This document shows positions 17,434 through 25,603 of a stretch of DNA of 37,685 nucleotides, piece by piece. Below the pieces are notes generated by a model, which searched no databases, was not told the origin of the DNA, and worked only from the letters and a program-made list of their open reading frames with translations. The stretch is from a virus. Lineage: Duplodnaviria; Caudoviricetes. A program made the position numbers and the translations under genes. Positions within the stretch are counted from its first letter, which is position 1; every line of letters starts with the position of its first letter. The stretch lies in the IMG/VR virus record IMGVR_UViG_3300048786_000060, positions 1 to 37,685 of that record; one strand, written 5' to 3'.

Positions 17434-18588
17434 TTGAAGTTCCATCCAGCCGCTGAAGTTTTTCCCCTATTGGTAGGCAAGGAATTTGCCGCCCTCGTGT
17501 CCGACATCAAGGAGCACGGGCAGATCGATCCGATCCTCGTCCTGGACGGGATGATCCTCGACGGACGCAACCGCTGGCGGGCGTGCCGGGAGGCCAGCGT
17601 TGAGCCCAAGATGAAGGATTGGCCCGGCGGAAATCCTTGGGACTTCGTTTGGAGTAAGAATGCCGAGCGACGTCACCTCGAACCGGGCCAAAAAGCGGCA
17701 ATCCGCTACAAGGTCGAGAAAGGGTCCGATGCTTGGCTAGCTAAGCGGAAAGCCGCGGAGGACAAGGCGAACCGGGCCAGAAGCGAGAGCCAGAAGGGAA
17801 AGCCAAGGCCAACGCAGAAAGATCGGGAGACGGTGACGGATGGGAGGGAACGTGTCCCCTCACGAGACGGGACACGTTCCCATGGTACTCACCAGTCCCA
17901 CGCCGCATCCGCCCTTGCGGCATCGTCGCACACCAGCCGGGCCACATCGGAGCGGGTAATTGCGCTTGAGAAGAAGAACCCCGAGCTTTTTGAGAAGGTG
18001 TGCAGCGGCGAGATCAAGCTTGGAGGTGCATGCCGAGAGGCGAAACGAAACGAGTCATCCGAAAGACTCAAGGGTTTCGCGCTTCCCACTTCGGCAGACG
18101 GGCCATTCGGCGTCATCGTTGCCGATCCTCCTTGGACCTACGACAAGCGAGCGGAGGACGATACGCACCGTGGGGCCTGCCCATATCCCTGCATGAGCCT
18201 TGACGCCATCAAGGCAATCGAGATTCCCGCAGTGAACGACGCGATCCTGTGGCTTTGGACGACGAACGCACATCTTGAGCACGCTTTTGGGATCTGCCGC
18301 GCTTGGGGTTTTGACCCGAAGACGGTGTTGACGTGGGTTAAACAAAAAATGGGTCTCGGCGACTGGCTGCGGGGGAAATCGGAACACTGTTTGCTCGCCG
18401 TGAAGGGGCGGCCCACCGTCGTGCTCACCAATCAGACGACGGTGCTTGAAGCGGCGGCGGCAGAACATTCGGCGAAGCCTGACGAGTTCTACTCAATGGT
18501 CGAGAAGCTGTGCCCAGACACTCGCAGGCTGGAGCTGTTCTCGCGCCGCAAGCGTGACGGCTGGTATTGCTCCGGGTGCGATCTGTGA
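17434..18588 (+). CDS. ParB/Spo0J-like domain fused to an MT-A70 (IME4-like) adenine methyltransferase
   Basis: DIKEHGQIDPI...ILDGRNRWRAC; VADPPW, LWLWTTN, WGF, HSAKPDEFY, LELFSR. Confidence 0.9.
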   Translation: MKFHPAAEVFPLLVGKEFAALVSDIKEHGQIDPILVLDGMILDGRNRWRACREASVEPKMKDWPGGNPWDFVWSKNAERRHLEPGQKAAIRYKVEKGSDAWLAKRKAAEDKANRARSESQKGKPRPTQKDRETVTDGRERVPSRDGTRSHGTHQSHAASALAASSHTSRATSERVIALEKKNPELFEKVCSGEIKLGGACREAKRNESSERLKGFALPTSADGPFGVIVADPPWTYDKRAEDDTHRGACPYPCMSLDAIKAIEIPAVNDAILWLWTTNAHLEHAFGICRAWGFDPKTVLTWVKQKMGLGDWLRGKSEHCLLAVKGRPTVVLTNQTTVLEAAAAEHSAKPDEFYSMVEKLCPDTRRLELFSRRKRDGWYCSGCDL

Positions 18589-18986
18589 GTGGCGCAAATC
18601 CTCTACGATGGGATTGCGAGAAGCGGGGATGCTTCAACGTGAAGAAGCGTCCAAAGATCGAGCAGCTCGCAGAATGTCTGCCACGTAGGTGCAAGTTTGG
18701 GGACATTGACGGTCTTGCTGAGGTGAATGGATTTGGGCTATTACTGGAGTGGAAAACAGCCGCAGCAGATCTGCCCACGGGGCAGCGGATCGCCTATGAA
18801 AAACTGAGCCGCAATGGGGTTCTGTCTGTGCTTGTGGTGGCCGGCAATGCCGAGACGATGGAGGTGCATGCGAGCGGGCGGTACTTTCACGGCAAGTGGA
18901 GTGGTTGGACCGAGGGCGATCTTGACGATGTGAAGACAGCGATCCGCAAGTGGGTCAAGTGGGCAGAGGCGAAACATGCCGATTGA
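18585..18986 (+). CDS. Putative PD-(D/E)xK-fold nuclease-like protein
   Basis: GDIDGLAEVNGFGLLLEWK...LPTGQ; GTGA overlap. Confidence 0.55.
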   Translation: MSGANPLRWDCEKRGCFNVKKRPKIEQLAECLPRRCKFGDIDGLAEVNGFGLLLEWKTAAADLPTGQRIAYEKLSRNGVLSVLVVAGNAETMEVHASGRYFHGKWSGWTEGDLDDVKTAIRKWVKWAEAKHAD

Positions 18987-19295
18987 CCACCCCGACTTCC
19001 GCCGCGCCGGTAGCGACGGAGTTTGTCAGAGCGGCGATGAAGTGCCTGCCGGGGTAACGCGCGCATGCTCACCACCTCAACACACCCACGTCCGCCGCGT
19101 GCAGGACGTGCGCGAATTGAGAAAATGGTTGTTGACTTCGCGCGCGGGATGCGCAACTCTACTCGGACCACCCATGAACGAACATGATCGCGCCTTGAAA
19201 TCCCTCGCCGTTCCCGCTACGTCGTTCATGGGTGGTACCTGGACCGACGCGGTTGAAGCGGCGATGGGTTTGAGGGCGCGAGATCGGGGAGAACG

Positions 19296-19505
19296 ATGAA
19301 TACCGCAATCGAGTCGCTTGCCTACTGGCCCATCCACCTTGCCGCGGCCGACGCCGCGAAGGCCAAGGGCGCGTGCTGGCTGTGCTGCACGAAGGTCGGC
19401 TGCAACGCCACGGACCCACCGGGGGAGAAGCCGCGGGAGCTGCATCCGGAGTGCGCGCGGGCGTTGGGCGCTGGGAAAGACGGCGATGAACCAACGGCAG
19501 ACTGA
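19296..19505 (+). CDS. Small Zn-binding hypothetical protein
   Basis: CWLC...HPEC; RBS GGAG. Confidence 0.5.
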   Translation: MNTAIESLAYWPIHLAAADAAKAKGACWLCCTKVGCNATDPPGEKPRELHPECARALGAGKDGDEPTAD

Positions 19506-20341
19506 TGTACCTGGAAATCGACGAAGGCTTTCCTGGTCACCGCAAGACCCTGAAGCTGTGCTCACTACTCTGTGACCCGCAGGCCGGCTGGTACATGATC
19601 CGGCTATGGACCTGGGCGTGCCGGTCCTGCAAGAACGGCAATCTACTCGGGATGAGCCCGGCCGACATCGAGATGGCGGTCCAGTACCGTCCGTTGGACG
19701 GATCCTGCTACAAAGCCATGGCTGCGTCTGGCTACCTAGACGAGGTCAACCCCGGTGAGCCAGCAGCCATCCACGGCTGGGAAGAACACACAGGCGGAGC
19801 AATCGCCCGCATGGAGGCAAAGGCTGTAGAGACTCGGCAGCGCAGAGCGGAGGCAAAGGCGCGGCACGATGCCGAGAATGGGAAGGTACAAGCCGACGGC
19901 GTACTGGAATCGAGGCAGAATCGTACTGGTACGATCATCTCCAAGACAAGACAAGACCAGACCAGACAAGACAAGTCTCCGGATCCCTCTCTTTTCTTGG
20001 CTTCCGGATCCGGAGCGCGCGTAGCAACCGGGGTGCCAATTCAGCCCGACACGGCGCACAACCTGATCCACTGCCTCAAGGTGGCGATGGAGGCGAGACG
20101 CCCTACCCGCGGCATGTATTCCCCCGGCCCATTTGCCGACCGGGACGCAGGGGAGCTGTTGCGGGCGCTGGGCGGAGAGTCTGCGGCGGATGAGGTGGCA
20201 AAGAGGATCGCGCTGTTTGTGGCTGACGACTCCATGACGCCGTGGACGGTGGCGCGATTCTGCAAGGCGTACAACGGAATCGGTGCGCCGGCGGCCCAAC
20301 GTCCCGGCCAACCCAAGCGCGGGGCATGGCCATCGCTATGA
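19505..20341 (+). CDS. Phage replication initiator / replisome organiser
   Basis: HRKT..L...G.MIRLWTWA...IHGWEEH N-terminal domain, TRQDQTRQDK linker, coupled to DnaB. Confidence 0.7.
   Translation: MYLEIDEGFPGHRKTLKLCSLLCDPQAGWYMIRLWTWACRSCKNGNLLGMSPADIEMAVQYRPLDGSCYKAMAASGYLDEVNPGEPAAIHGWEEHTGGAIARMEAKAVETRQRRAEAKARHDAENGKVQADGVLESRQNRTGTIISKTRQDQTRQDKSPDPSLFLASGSGARVATGVPIQPDTAHNLIHCLKVAMEARRPTRGMYSPGPFADRDAGELLRALGGESAADEVAKRIALFVADDSMTPWTVARFCKAYNGIGAPAAQRPGQPKRGAWPSL
19942..19975 (+). repeat. C(A/C)AGA pentamer run inside the initiator gene (candidate origin region)
   Basis: About 7 tandem pentamers followed by a pyrimidine tract and CCGGATCCGG. Confidence 0.4.
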
Positions 20342-21819
20342 CGGACCCTACCCGCATTCCCCCGCACGACCTGGATGCAGAGGCCAGTGTGATTGGCTGC
20401 GTCCTGCTGGGCGCCGAGAAGGCGCTGGCGTTGGTGTCGGACTTGCGGGCCGACGACTTTTTCGCGCCTGAGCACCGGGAGGTATGGGCGGCCGCGGTGG
20501 CTCTTTTAGGGCGGGCCGTGCCGGTGGATGTTGTGAGCCTGGGCGGGGAACTCAAGGCCCGTGGCGTGGCGGCTAGGTTCGATGGCGGGTGGGGGACATG
20601 GTCGGCCAAGACCGCGAGCAGCGTCTCGGCCTGGCACAACGTCCAGCACCACGCGCTCATTGTGCGAGAGCGGGCGACACTGCGCCGGCTGCTGGCCCTT
20701 GCGACCGAGGTAGCGTGCCGTTGCTACACCGGCGAGTCCGTGGCGGAGGTGTTGGGGCAGGCCCGCGAGGGCGTGGCGGCCCTGGAGGTTGACGGGCAGG
20801 AAGGCGGGCCGGTCAAGATCGGCGACGCATTGAGCGAAGCTATCGAGGTCGTGCAGTCTCGCGCCAAGGGCCAGGTGTCGGAGCACATGGTGCTGACCGG
20901 GATCGAAACGCTCGACTTCGAGATCGGCGGGATGGCGCCTGAGGAGGTCGTGGTCGTGGCCGGCCGGCCGGGTCACGGAAAGACAGCCTTCGCTGATTGC
21001 GTGGCGGTCAACTGCAGTCTGGCCGGCGTGCCCTGTTTGTTCTTTTCGTTGGAGATGAGCCTACAGCAACTGGTTGAGCGCGTTCTTTCGATGCGCAGCC
21101 AGATACCGGCGAGCCACCTACGGTCAGGGCGTGGCGAGGGATACAGGCCGCTGGACAAGGAAGCATTCGGGAAGCTGACAGACGCCTCGAATGAACTCTA
21201 CGGCGTGCCGCTATGGATTGAGCCGCGCTCACTGCCGCTTGGGCGAATTGTGGGCGAGTCTCGCCGATGGCACGCCCGCCACGTGCGCGGGAAGGGTAAG
21301 CAGCTTGCCCTCATCGCCATCGACTACCTGCAACTGGTCGAGGTCGAGACACAGCGACGCGGCGGCAATCGCGAGGAGGCGGTGGCGCAGATTTCCAAGA
21401 CGTGCAAGCGGCTCGCGAAAGACCTTGGGCTGCCGGTGTTGGCGATGTCGCAGCTCAACCGCGAGATCGAAAAGAGCAACCGTGAGCCCCAGATGTCGGA
21501 CATTCGCGAATCTGGGGCAATCGAACAGGACGCCAGTATCATCCTCTGCCCGTGGCGCGGCGAGATTGCGACGGACCCCGAACGCAAGAACGAGGACTGT
21601 GACGCCGACATCATCATCCTGAAAAACCGCGGCGGGCGAACCGGGAAGGCCCCGGTTCGATGGCACGCGAAGACGATGGAGTTTAGGCACGACTGGAGCC
21701 GTAGCAAGACCGGGCGGCCAGCGGACTTCGGCGGCGAGCGGTCGCTGATTGACGACTACCAACCACGCTCCAATGGTCACAACGACCGCCCCGCGCCGAA
21801 CTACCAGGACCGAGAATGA
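20338..21819 (+). CDS. dnaB: Replicative DNA helicase
   Basis: PPHDLDAEASVIG, Walker A AGRPGHGKT, FSLEM, IDYLQL, SQLNR, DIRESGAIEQDA, KNRGG. Confidence 0.95.
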   Translation: MTDPTRIPPHDLDAEASVIGCVLLGAEKALALVSDLRADDFFAPEHREVWAAAVALLGRAVPVDVVSLGGELKARGVAARFDGGWGTWSAKTASSVSAWHNVQHHALIVRERATLRRLLALATEVACRCYTGESVAEVLGQAREGVAALEVDGQEGGPVKIGDALSEAIEVVQSRAKGQVSEHMVLTGIETLDFEIGGMAPEEVVVVAGRPGHGKTAFADCVAVNCSLAGVPCLFFSLEMSLQQLVERVLSMRSQIPASHLRSGRGEGYRPLDKEAFGKLTDASNELYGVPLWIEPRSLPLGRIVGESRRWHARHVRGKGKQLALIAIDYLQLVEVETQRRGGNREEAVAQISKTCKRLAKDLGLPVLAMSQLNREIEKSNREPQMSDIRESGAIEQDASIILCPWRGEIATDPERKNEDCDADIIILKNRGGRTGKAPVRWHAKTMEFRHDWSRSKTGRPADFGGERSLIDDYQPRSNGHNDRPAPNYQDRE

Positions 21820-22079
21820 AGTTCTCCGACCCGCAAACTTGTCCGTTCTGGCGCACGCATTGCCGCCATTGTATAGGGGAGATTGGCACACTTGAAGTGA
21901 TGTTTCTCGACGGGAACTGTGAGCGATGTTCGGAAAAGCTAATTGCTGAGGCAAGAGAATGCATCACTAACCCAGACGGCCCTGCGCCCGTATACCGCGG
22001 CGATTGGTGGGGAGCTGTCCATCTGTATCGGAGAGAAATCCCCCACGCCTCCCCGCCGTCCTGGCATGAGCGAGACTGA
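21816..22079 (+). CDS. Hypothetical protein
   Basis: ATGA overlap, Cys-containing. Confidence 0.45.
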   Translation: MKFSDPQTCPFWRTHCRHCIGEIGTLEVMFLDGNCERCSEKLIAEARECITNPDGPAPVYRGDWWGAVHLYRREIPHASPPSWHERD

Positions 22080-22099
22080 CAGCGAAAGGACGAACCACG

Positions 22100-22537
22100 A
22101 TGGCTCGCATCGCCCTGATAGCCCGTCTCGGCCGCCGGCCAGAGATGCGCGAGATCACTAGGCACCTTGAGTCCATGGGGCACGTCATGTGCTCACGGTG
22201 GGTGCGGCTCGATACCGAGGACGACGAAATGGATCAGTACGGGAAGGCGAACTCAGCGCTACAGAATGCCGACGATCTGGAGAGTTCCCACCTGGCCATT
22301 GCGTTCACCGAGCGGCGGCCATTCACCCCGGGGACCGCGCGCGGTGGCCGACACGCTGACCTTGGGTACGCTCTCTCGGTTTGCTCGCGGGTTATCGTTG
22401 TAGGGCCTCGGGAGAACATCGCGTACTTTTCGCCAAAGATCGAACTGGTCGACACGGTCGCGCAGTTACTGGAGCTGCTGCGAAATCCCAGCCGAAACAG
22501 CAGAGAAAGAAAAGTCTTGCGCAAGCGTATTGAGTGA
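22100..22537 (+). CDS. Nucleoside 2-deoxyribosyltransferase-like protein
   Basis: SRW...DDLESSHLAIAFTE...GGRHADLGYAL...VIVVGPREN. Confidence 0.6.
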   Translation: MARIALIARLGRRPEMREITRHLESMGHVMCSRWVRLDTEDDEMDQYGKANSALQNADDLESSHLAIAFTERRPFTPGTARGGRHADLGYALSVCSRVIVVGPRENIAYFSPKIELVDTVAQLLELLRNPSRNSRERKVLRKRIE

Positions 22538-22551
22538 TATAGGGTGATGTC

Positions 22552-22695
22552 ATGGAACCAAAGGGCGTGCTTCTAGTCAGGCTGCCACTAGAGCTGATTG
22601 CAACGATTCGCCACGAGGCTGGCATCAAGGGGCAGACACTCAGCGAGTACGTCAAGCGCCAGCTCGAACTGGCACGAAAGGAAAAACGAAAATGA
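22552..22695 (+). CDS. Arc/RHH-like small DNA-binding protein (47 aa)
   Basis: MEPKGVLLVRLPLELIATIRHEAGIKGQTLSEYVKRQL; preceded by TTGCGC-N17-TAGGGT. Confidence 0.65.
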   Translation: MEPKGVLLVRLPLELIATIRHEAGIKGQTLSEYVKRQLELARKEKRK

Positions 22696-23006
22696 TAGGA
22701 CAACTGCGACATGGGGATCTGAACTTTTTCGACGAAGCTACGGCCACCGAGGCGGGCATATCGCTGCCGAACAAGGGCGCCAAATATGAGGCCGTGTGTG
22801 ACGTGGTGCTGGCTGGAAGCCACGGCGGAGCACACATACTGCACGGCCCGGCCGAAATTCTCAGGATTGATGATCGCGTGCAGTGGGTGCGCATCCCACA
22901 CGACACCCGCGTGTCACACGCAGATCGTCACCTGGATGGGGCACAACCCGCTGGCCTATACGCAATAGTGCGGATGCGGGACGCTGACGGATTGGTGGAG
23001 GATTGA
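22692..23006 (+). CDS. Small His-containing protein of the type found next to DUF6745-like genes
   Basis: RHGD...LAGSHGGAH...HADRH...GLYAIVRMRD. Confidence 0.6.
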   Translation: MIGQLRHGDLNFFDEATATEAGISLPNKGAKYEAVCDVVLAGSHGGAHILHGPAEILRIDDRVQWVRIPHDTRVSHADRHLDGAQPAGLYAIVRMRDADGLVED

Positions 23007-23008
23007 CC

Positions 23009-23932
23009 ATGGCTATCATGTCGGCTGAGCAGGCAATAGATTATGTGTCGGGCCTGATGCTCACGCACCGAGGACCGAACGCGGACGGAGTGGCGCCGTC
23101 TGACGAAGCGATTGAGGCGCTGCGAGCGGAAATACTCGAAGCATTTCCCCAGAAGTGCCCGGTCGTCACGGTCGTGGCAAGGTCGCAACTAGATGCTGTG
23201 CGTATTGCGCAGGAGCATGGGTGTCCAGCGGAAGAGTTGTATTCACGGGGCGCCGCTGGAGAGATGCAGTTGCAGTACGATTCGTTTGGGGCAGCGACTT
23301 CAAGCTACTCGATAGGAGGTACGCTGGTCGCGCATCTGTGTGGTGAATATGACCTCAAGGAGATGGCAGGACCAATTGAACACGCAGTGCGGACGGTGCA
23401 TGCGGAAATAGCCGGATCGATTTTTCTGGAAGGCGATGGAGAGCCCTCGGTGTTAATCATCGTTCCATTGCCAACGCGCGAACGCCGAGACGAGTTGAAG
23501 CGATTGCACTGCGCCGATGGCCCCGCAATTTCCTACATCGATGAAGATCGGTGGTATTGGCACGGGATGGCGGTGCCGCGCGACGTGATCATGCGAGATC
23601 AATGGAGCACCAGTGAGATCGACGAACTCCCCAACACCGAAATACGCAGAGCGCTCGCCGAGCGACTGGGCGGGGCGAAGACATTGGATATGATGGGCGC
23701 TACGACCATCGACGAGCGCGACGGATACAAGCTGGTCGGCGTCGCACGGGTAGCAAAACGCTATCTCGTGATGACGTCTCCAGTGCTCCGGGATGGGACT
23801 ACCCCGATCTATATCGAGTCAGTGTCTCGTAATTGTGAGACAGCATTGGGGGCGAGAAAATGGCGCGTGACTGAACTGTCTGAGAGTGAGTGTGACGAAA
23901 ACCCAGCTCTTAAATATGTCATGGAGAGCTAG
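23009..23932 (+). CDS. DUF6745-like protein
   Basis: RLHCADGPAISY...YWHGMAVP...NTEIRRALAERLG; RBS GGAGG. Confidence 0.65.
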   Translation: MAIMSAEQAIDYVSGLMLTHRGPNADGVAPSDEAIEALRAEILEAFPQKCPVVTVVARSQLDAVRIAQEHGCPAEELYSRGAAGEMQLQYDSFGAATSSYSIGGTLVAHLCGEYDLKEMAGPIEHAVRTVHAEIAGSIFLEGDGEPSVLIIVPLPTRERRDELKRLHCADGPAISYIDEDRWYWHGMAVPRDVIMRDQWSTSEIDELPNTEIRRALAERLGGAKTLDMMGATTIDERDGYKLVGVARVAKRYLVMTSPVLRDGTTPIYIESVSRNCETALGARKWRVTELSESECDENPALKYVMES

Positions 23933-23933
23933 T

Positions 23934-24077
23934 GTGACTCGCGTAGTACCGAAGCACCAGCGGGCGTCGTGGTCGTCGTGGGCGTCGTGGGCGTCGCGGT
24001 CGTCGTGGGTGCGGTCGTGGTCGTCGTGGGCGTCGTGGTCGTCGCGGTGGTCGCGGTCGTCGTGGAGGCTGCCATGA
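23934..24077 (+). CDS. Trp/Ser-rich peptide 1 (47 aa)
   Basis: GTG after GGAGAG; MTRVVPKHQRASWSSWASW...SSWRLP*. Confidence 0.6.
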   Translation: MTRVVPKHQRASWSSWASWASRSSWVRSWSSWASWSSRWSRSSWRLP

Positions 24078-24238
24078 CTCGCGTAGTGCCGAAGCACCAG
24101 CGGGCGTCGTGGTCGTCGTGGGAGTCGCGGGCGTCGTGGGCGGCGTGGGCGTCGCGGTCGTCGTGGGCGGCGTGGGCGTGGCGGGCGGCGTGGTTGTGGG
24201 CGTCGTCGTGGTCGGCGCGGGCGTGGAGGCTGCCATGA
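24074..24238 (+). CDS. Trp/Ser/Ala-rich peptide 2 (54 aa)
   Basis: GGAGG-N5-ATG overlapping the previous TGA; MTRVVPKHQR...AWRLP*. Confidence 0.65.
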   Translation: MTRVVPKHQRASWSSWESRASWAAWASRSSWAAWAWRAAWLWASSWSARAWRLP

Positions 24239-24450
24239 CTCGCGCAGTGCCGAAGCACCAGCGGTCGTCGTGGGAGTCGCGGGCGTCGTGGGCGTCGCGG
24301 GCGTCGTGGGCGGCGTGGGCGTCGCGGGCGTCGTGGGCGGCGTGGGCGTCGTGGGCGGCGTGGTGGTCGCGGTCGTCGTGGGAGTCGTCGTCGTGGGCGT
24401 CGTGGTCGTGGCGGGAGTCGTCGTCGGCGCGGGCGTGGAGGCTGCCATGA
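24235..24450 (+). CDS. Trp/Ser/Ala-rich peptide 3 (71 aa)
   Basis: Same RBS/ATGA junction; MTRAVPKHQR...AWRLP*. Confidence 0.65.
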   Translation: MTRAVPKHQRSSWESRASWASRASWAAWASRASWAAWASWAAWWSRSSWESSSWASWSWRESSSARAWRLP

Positions 24451-24656
24451 CTCGCGCAGTGCCGAAGCACCAGCGGTCGTCGTGGGCGTCATGGGCGTTA
24501 CGGGCGTCGTGGGCGTCGTGGGCGGCGTGGTGGTCGCGGTCGTCGTGGGAGTCGTCGTCGTGGGCGTCGTGGTCGCGGTGGTCGCGGTCGTTGTGGGAGT
24601 CGTCGTCGTGGGCGTCGTGGTCGCGGTGGTCGCGGTCGTTGTGGAGGCTGCCATGA
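24447..24656 (+). CDS. Trp/Ser-rich peptide 4 (69 aa)
   Basis: Same junction; MTRAVPKHQR...LWRLP*. Confidence 0.65.
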   Translation: MTRAVPKHQRSSWASWALRASWASWAAWWSRSSWESSSWASWSRWSRSLWESSSWASWSRWSRSLWRLP

Positions 24657-24838
24657 CTCGCGCAGTGCCGAAGCACCAGCGGTCGTCGTGGGCGTCATGG
24701 GCGTTACGGGCGTCGTGGGCGTCGTGGTCGTGGTGGTCGTGGTCGTCGTGGGCGTCGCGGTGGTCGCGGTCGTCGTGGGAGTCGTCGTCGTGGGCGTCGT
24801 GGTCGCGGTGGTCGCGGTCGTCGTGGAGGCTGCCATGA
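24653..24838 (+). CDS. Trp/Ser-rich peptide 5 (61 aa)
   Basis: Same junction; MTRAVPKHQR...SWRLP*. Confidence 0.65.
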   Translation: MTRAVPKHQRSSWASWALRASWASWSWWSWSSWASRWSRSSWESSSWASWSRWSRSSWRLP

Positions 24839-24933
24839 CTCGCGAACGGTTTCACTTCGAGATCGAGGGCCTGCTCTGGCGCGCGCTGTTGGTAGGGCTG
24901 ATCTTCTCGTGCGCGTTCGTTACGAAATGCTGA
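24835..24933 (+). CDS. 32-aa hydrophobic peptide closing the array
   Basis: Same RBS/ATGA and MTR start, then ERFHFEIEGLLWRALLVGLIFSCAFVTKC. Confidence 0.5.
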   Translation: MTRERFHFEIEGLLWRALLVGLIFSCAFVTKC

Positions 24934-24934
24934 C

Positions 24935-25603
24935 ATGAACACCTTGGCCCTTCTCCTTGCCCTCGGCTTCCCCGCGCTGGGCGCGTCCCACGCGCAGGCG
25001 GAGCCGGTCAAGCCGTCCCTGGTGTGCCAGGTCCAGCACGCAATCCGCTGGCGTGACCCCGCATGGACCGAGCAGCAATGCCAGGCCCGCGCGCGCGAGT
25101 TCATGGCTAGCGGTCAGCGCTGGGGATTCGCGCCGGTGCAGCTCCTGGCCATGGCCATCGACGAGAGCGACTTGCGGCCAGAGGCCATGCGCGAGGACCG
25201 CGGTGCCCTGGACGTGGGGCTGATGGCGGTGCGCTGCCATCTCAGGCGGACGATTATTCCAATGGCAACCAGCGACGGCAAACAACCAAATGACGCGCGA
25301 AATATTCCAAAGAATATTCCATCGCCCACCTGCACGAACAAGCCGGTGCGCGGCCTCACCCCGGCTCAACTCATGCGGCCCTCGGTCAACATCGACATGG
25401 GGGCGCGCATCCTGGCGACGCTCCACCGTGGCAGCCTAGCCGGCTACAACGGCGGACCGAACGCCCGCGAGCATGGATATCCCGAGAAGGTGGCGGCCAT
25501 CATGGCGGCGCTCGGCGGCGTGGAAGTGCGAGTCTCGGGAAAGCGGATGCGAAAGCTGGTCAGGCAGATTGTCATAGCTACAACAAAGAAAGGCGAGAAA
25601 TGA
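24935..25603 (+). CDS. Lytic transglycosylase (SLT) with signal peptide
   Basis: LLAMAIDES (catalytic Glu), DVGLM, NIDMGARIL, LAGYNGG. Confidence 0.8.
   Translation: MNTLALLLALGFPALGASHAQAEPVKPSLVCQVQHAIRWRDPAWTEQQCQARAREFMASGQRWGFAPVQLLAMAIDESDLRPEAMREDRGALDVGLMAVRCHLRRTIIPMATSDGKQPNDARNIPKNIPSPTCTNKPVRGLTPAQLMRPSVNIDMGARILATLHRGSLAGYNGGPNAREHGYPEKVAAIMAALGGVEVRVSGKRMRKLVRQIVIATTKKGEK

Larger units (their letters stand above)
17237..19034 (+). repeat. 31-bp perfect direct repeat GCGCCGGTAGCGACGGAGTTTGTCAGAGCGG (17237-17267, 19004-19034)
   Basis: Identical copies flanking the promoter + ParB/MT-A70 + nuclease-like genes. Confidence 0.85.
23934..24838 (+). repeat. Array of five units: constant 42-bp junction plus variable GCG/TCG/TGG/CGG triplet tracts
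   Basis: GTGGAGGCTGCCATGACTCGCGYAGTGCCGAAGCACCAGCGG at 24062, 24223, 24435 and 24641; partial copies at 23934 and 24823. Confidence 0.95.

Noticed and set aside
23934-24838. Complete diversity-generating retroelement
   Set aside because: No reverse transcriptase, Avd or adenine-rich template repeat in the window.
23934-24844. CRISPR array (constant repeats with variable spacers)
   Set aside because: Spacers are about 100-170 bp, low-complexity, mutually similar and frame-preserving; the repeat contains an RBS and start codon; no cas genes are present.
23819-25104. Long minus-strand His/Asp-, Thr/Pro- and Arg/Pro-rich ORFs and plus-strand Val/Gly-rich ORFs
   Set aside because: Shadows of the stop-free triplet repeat: composition switches at each junction and none has an RBS, whereas the S/W frame has an RBS, start and stop in every unit.
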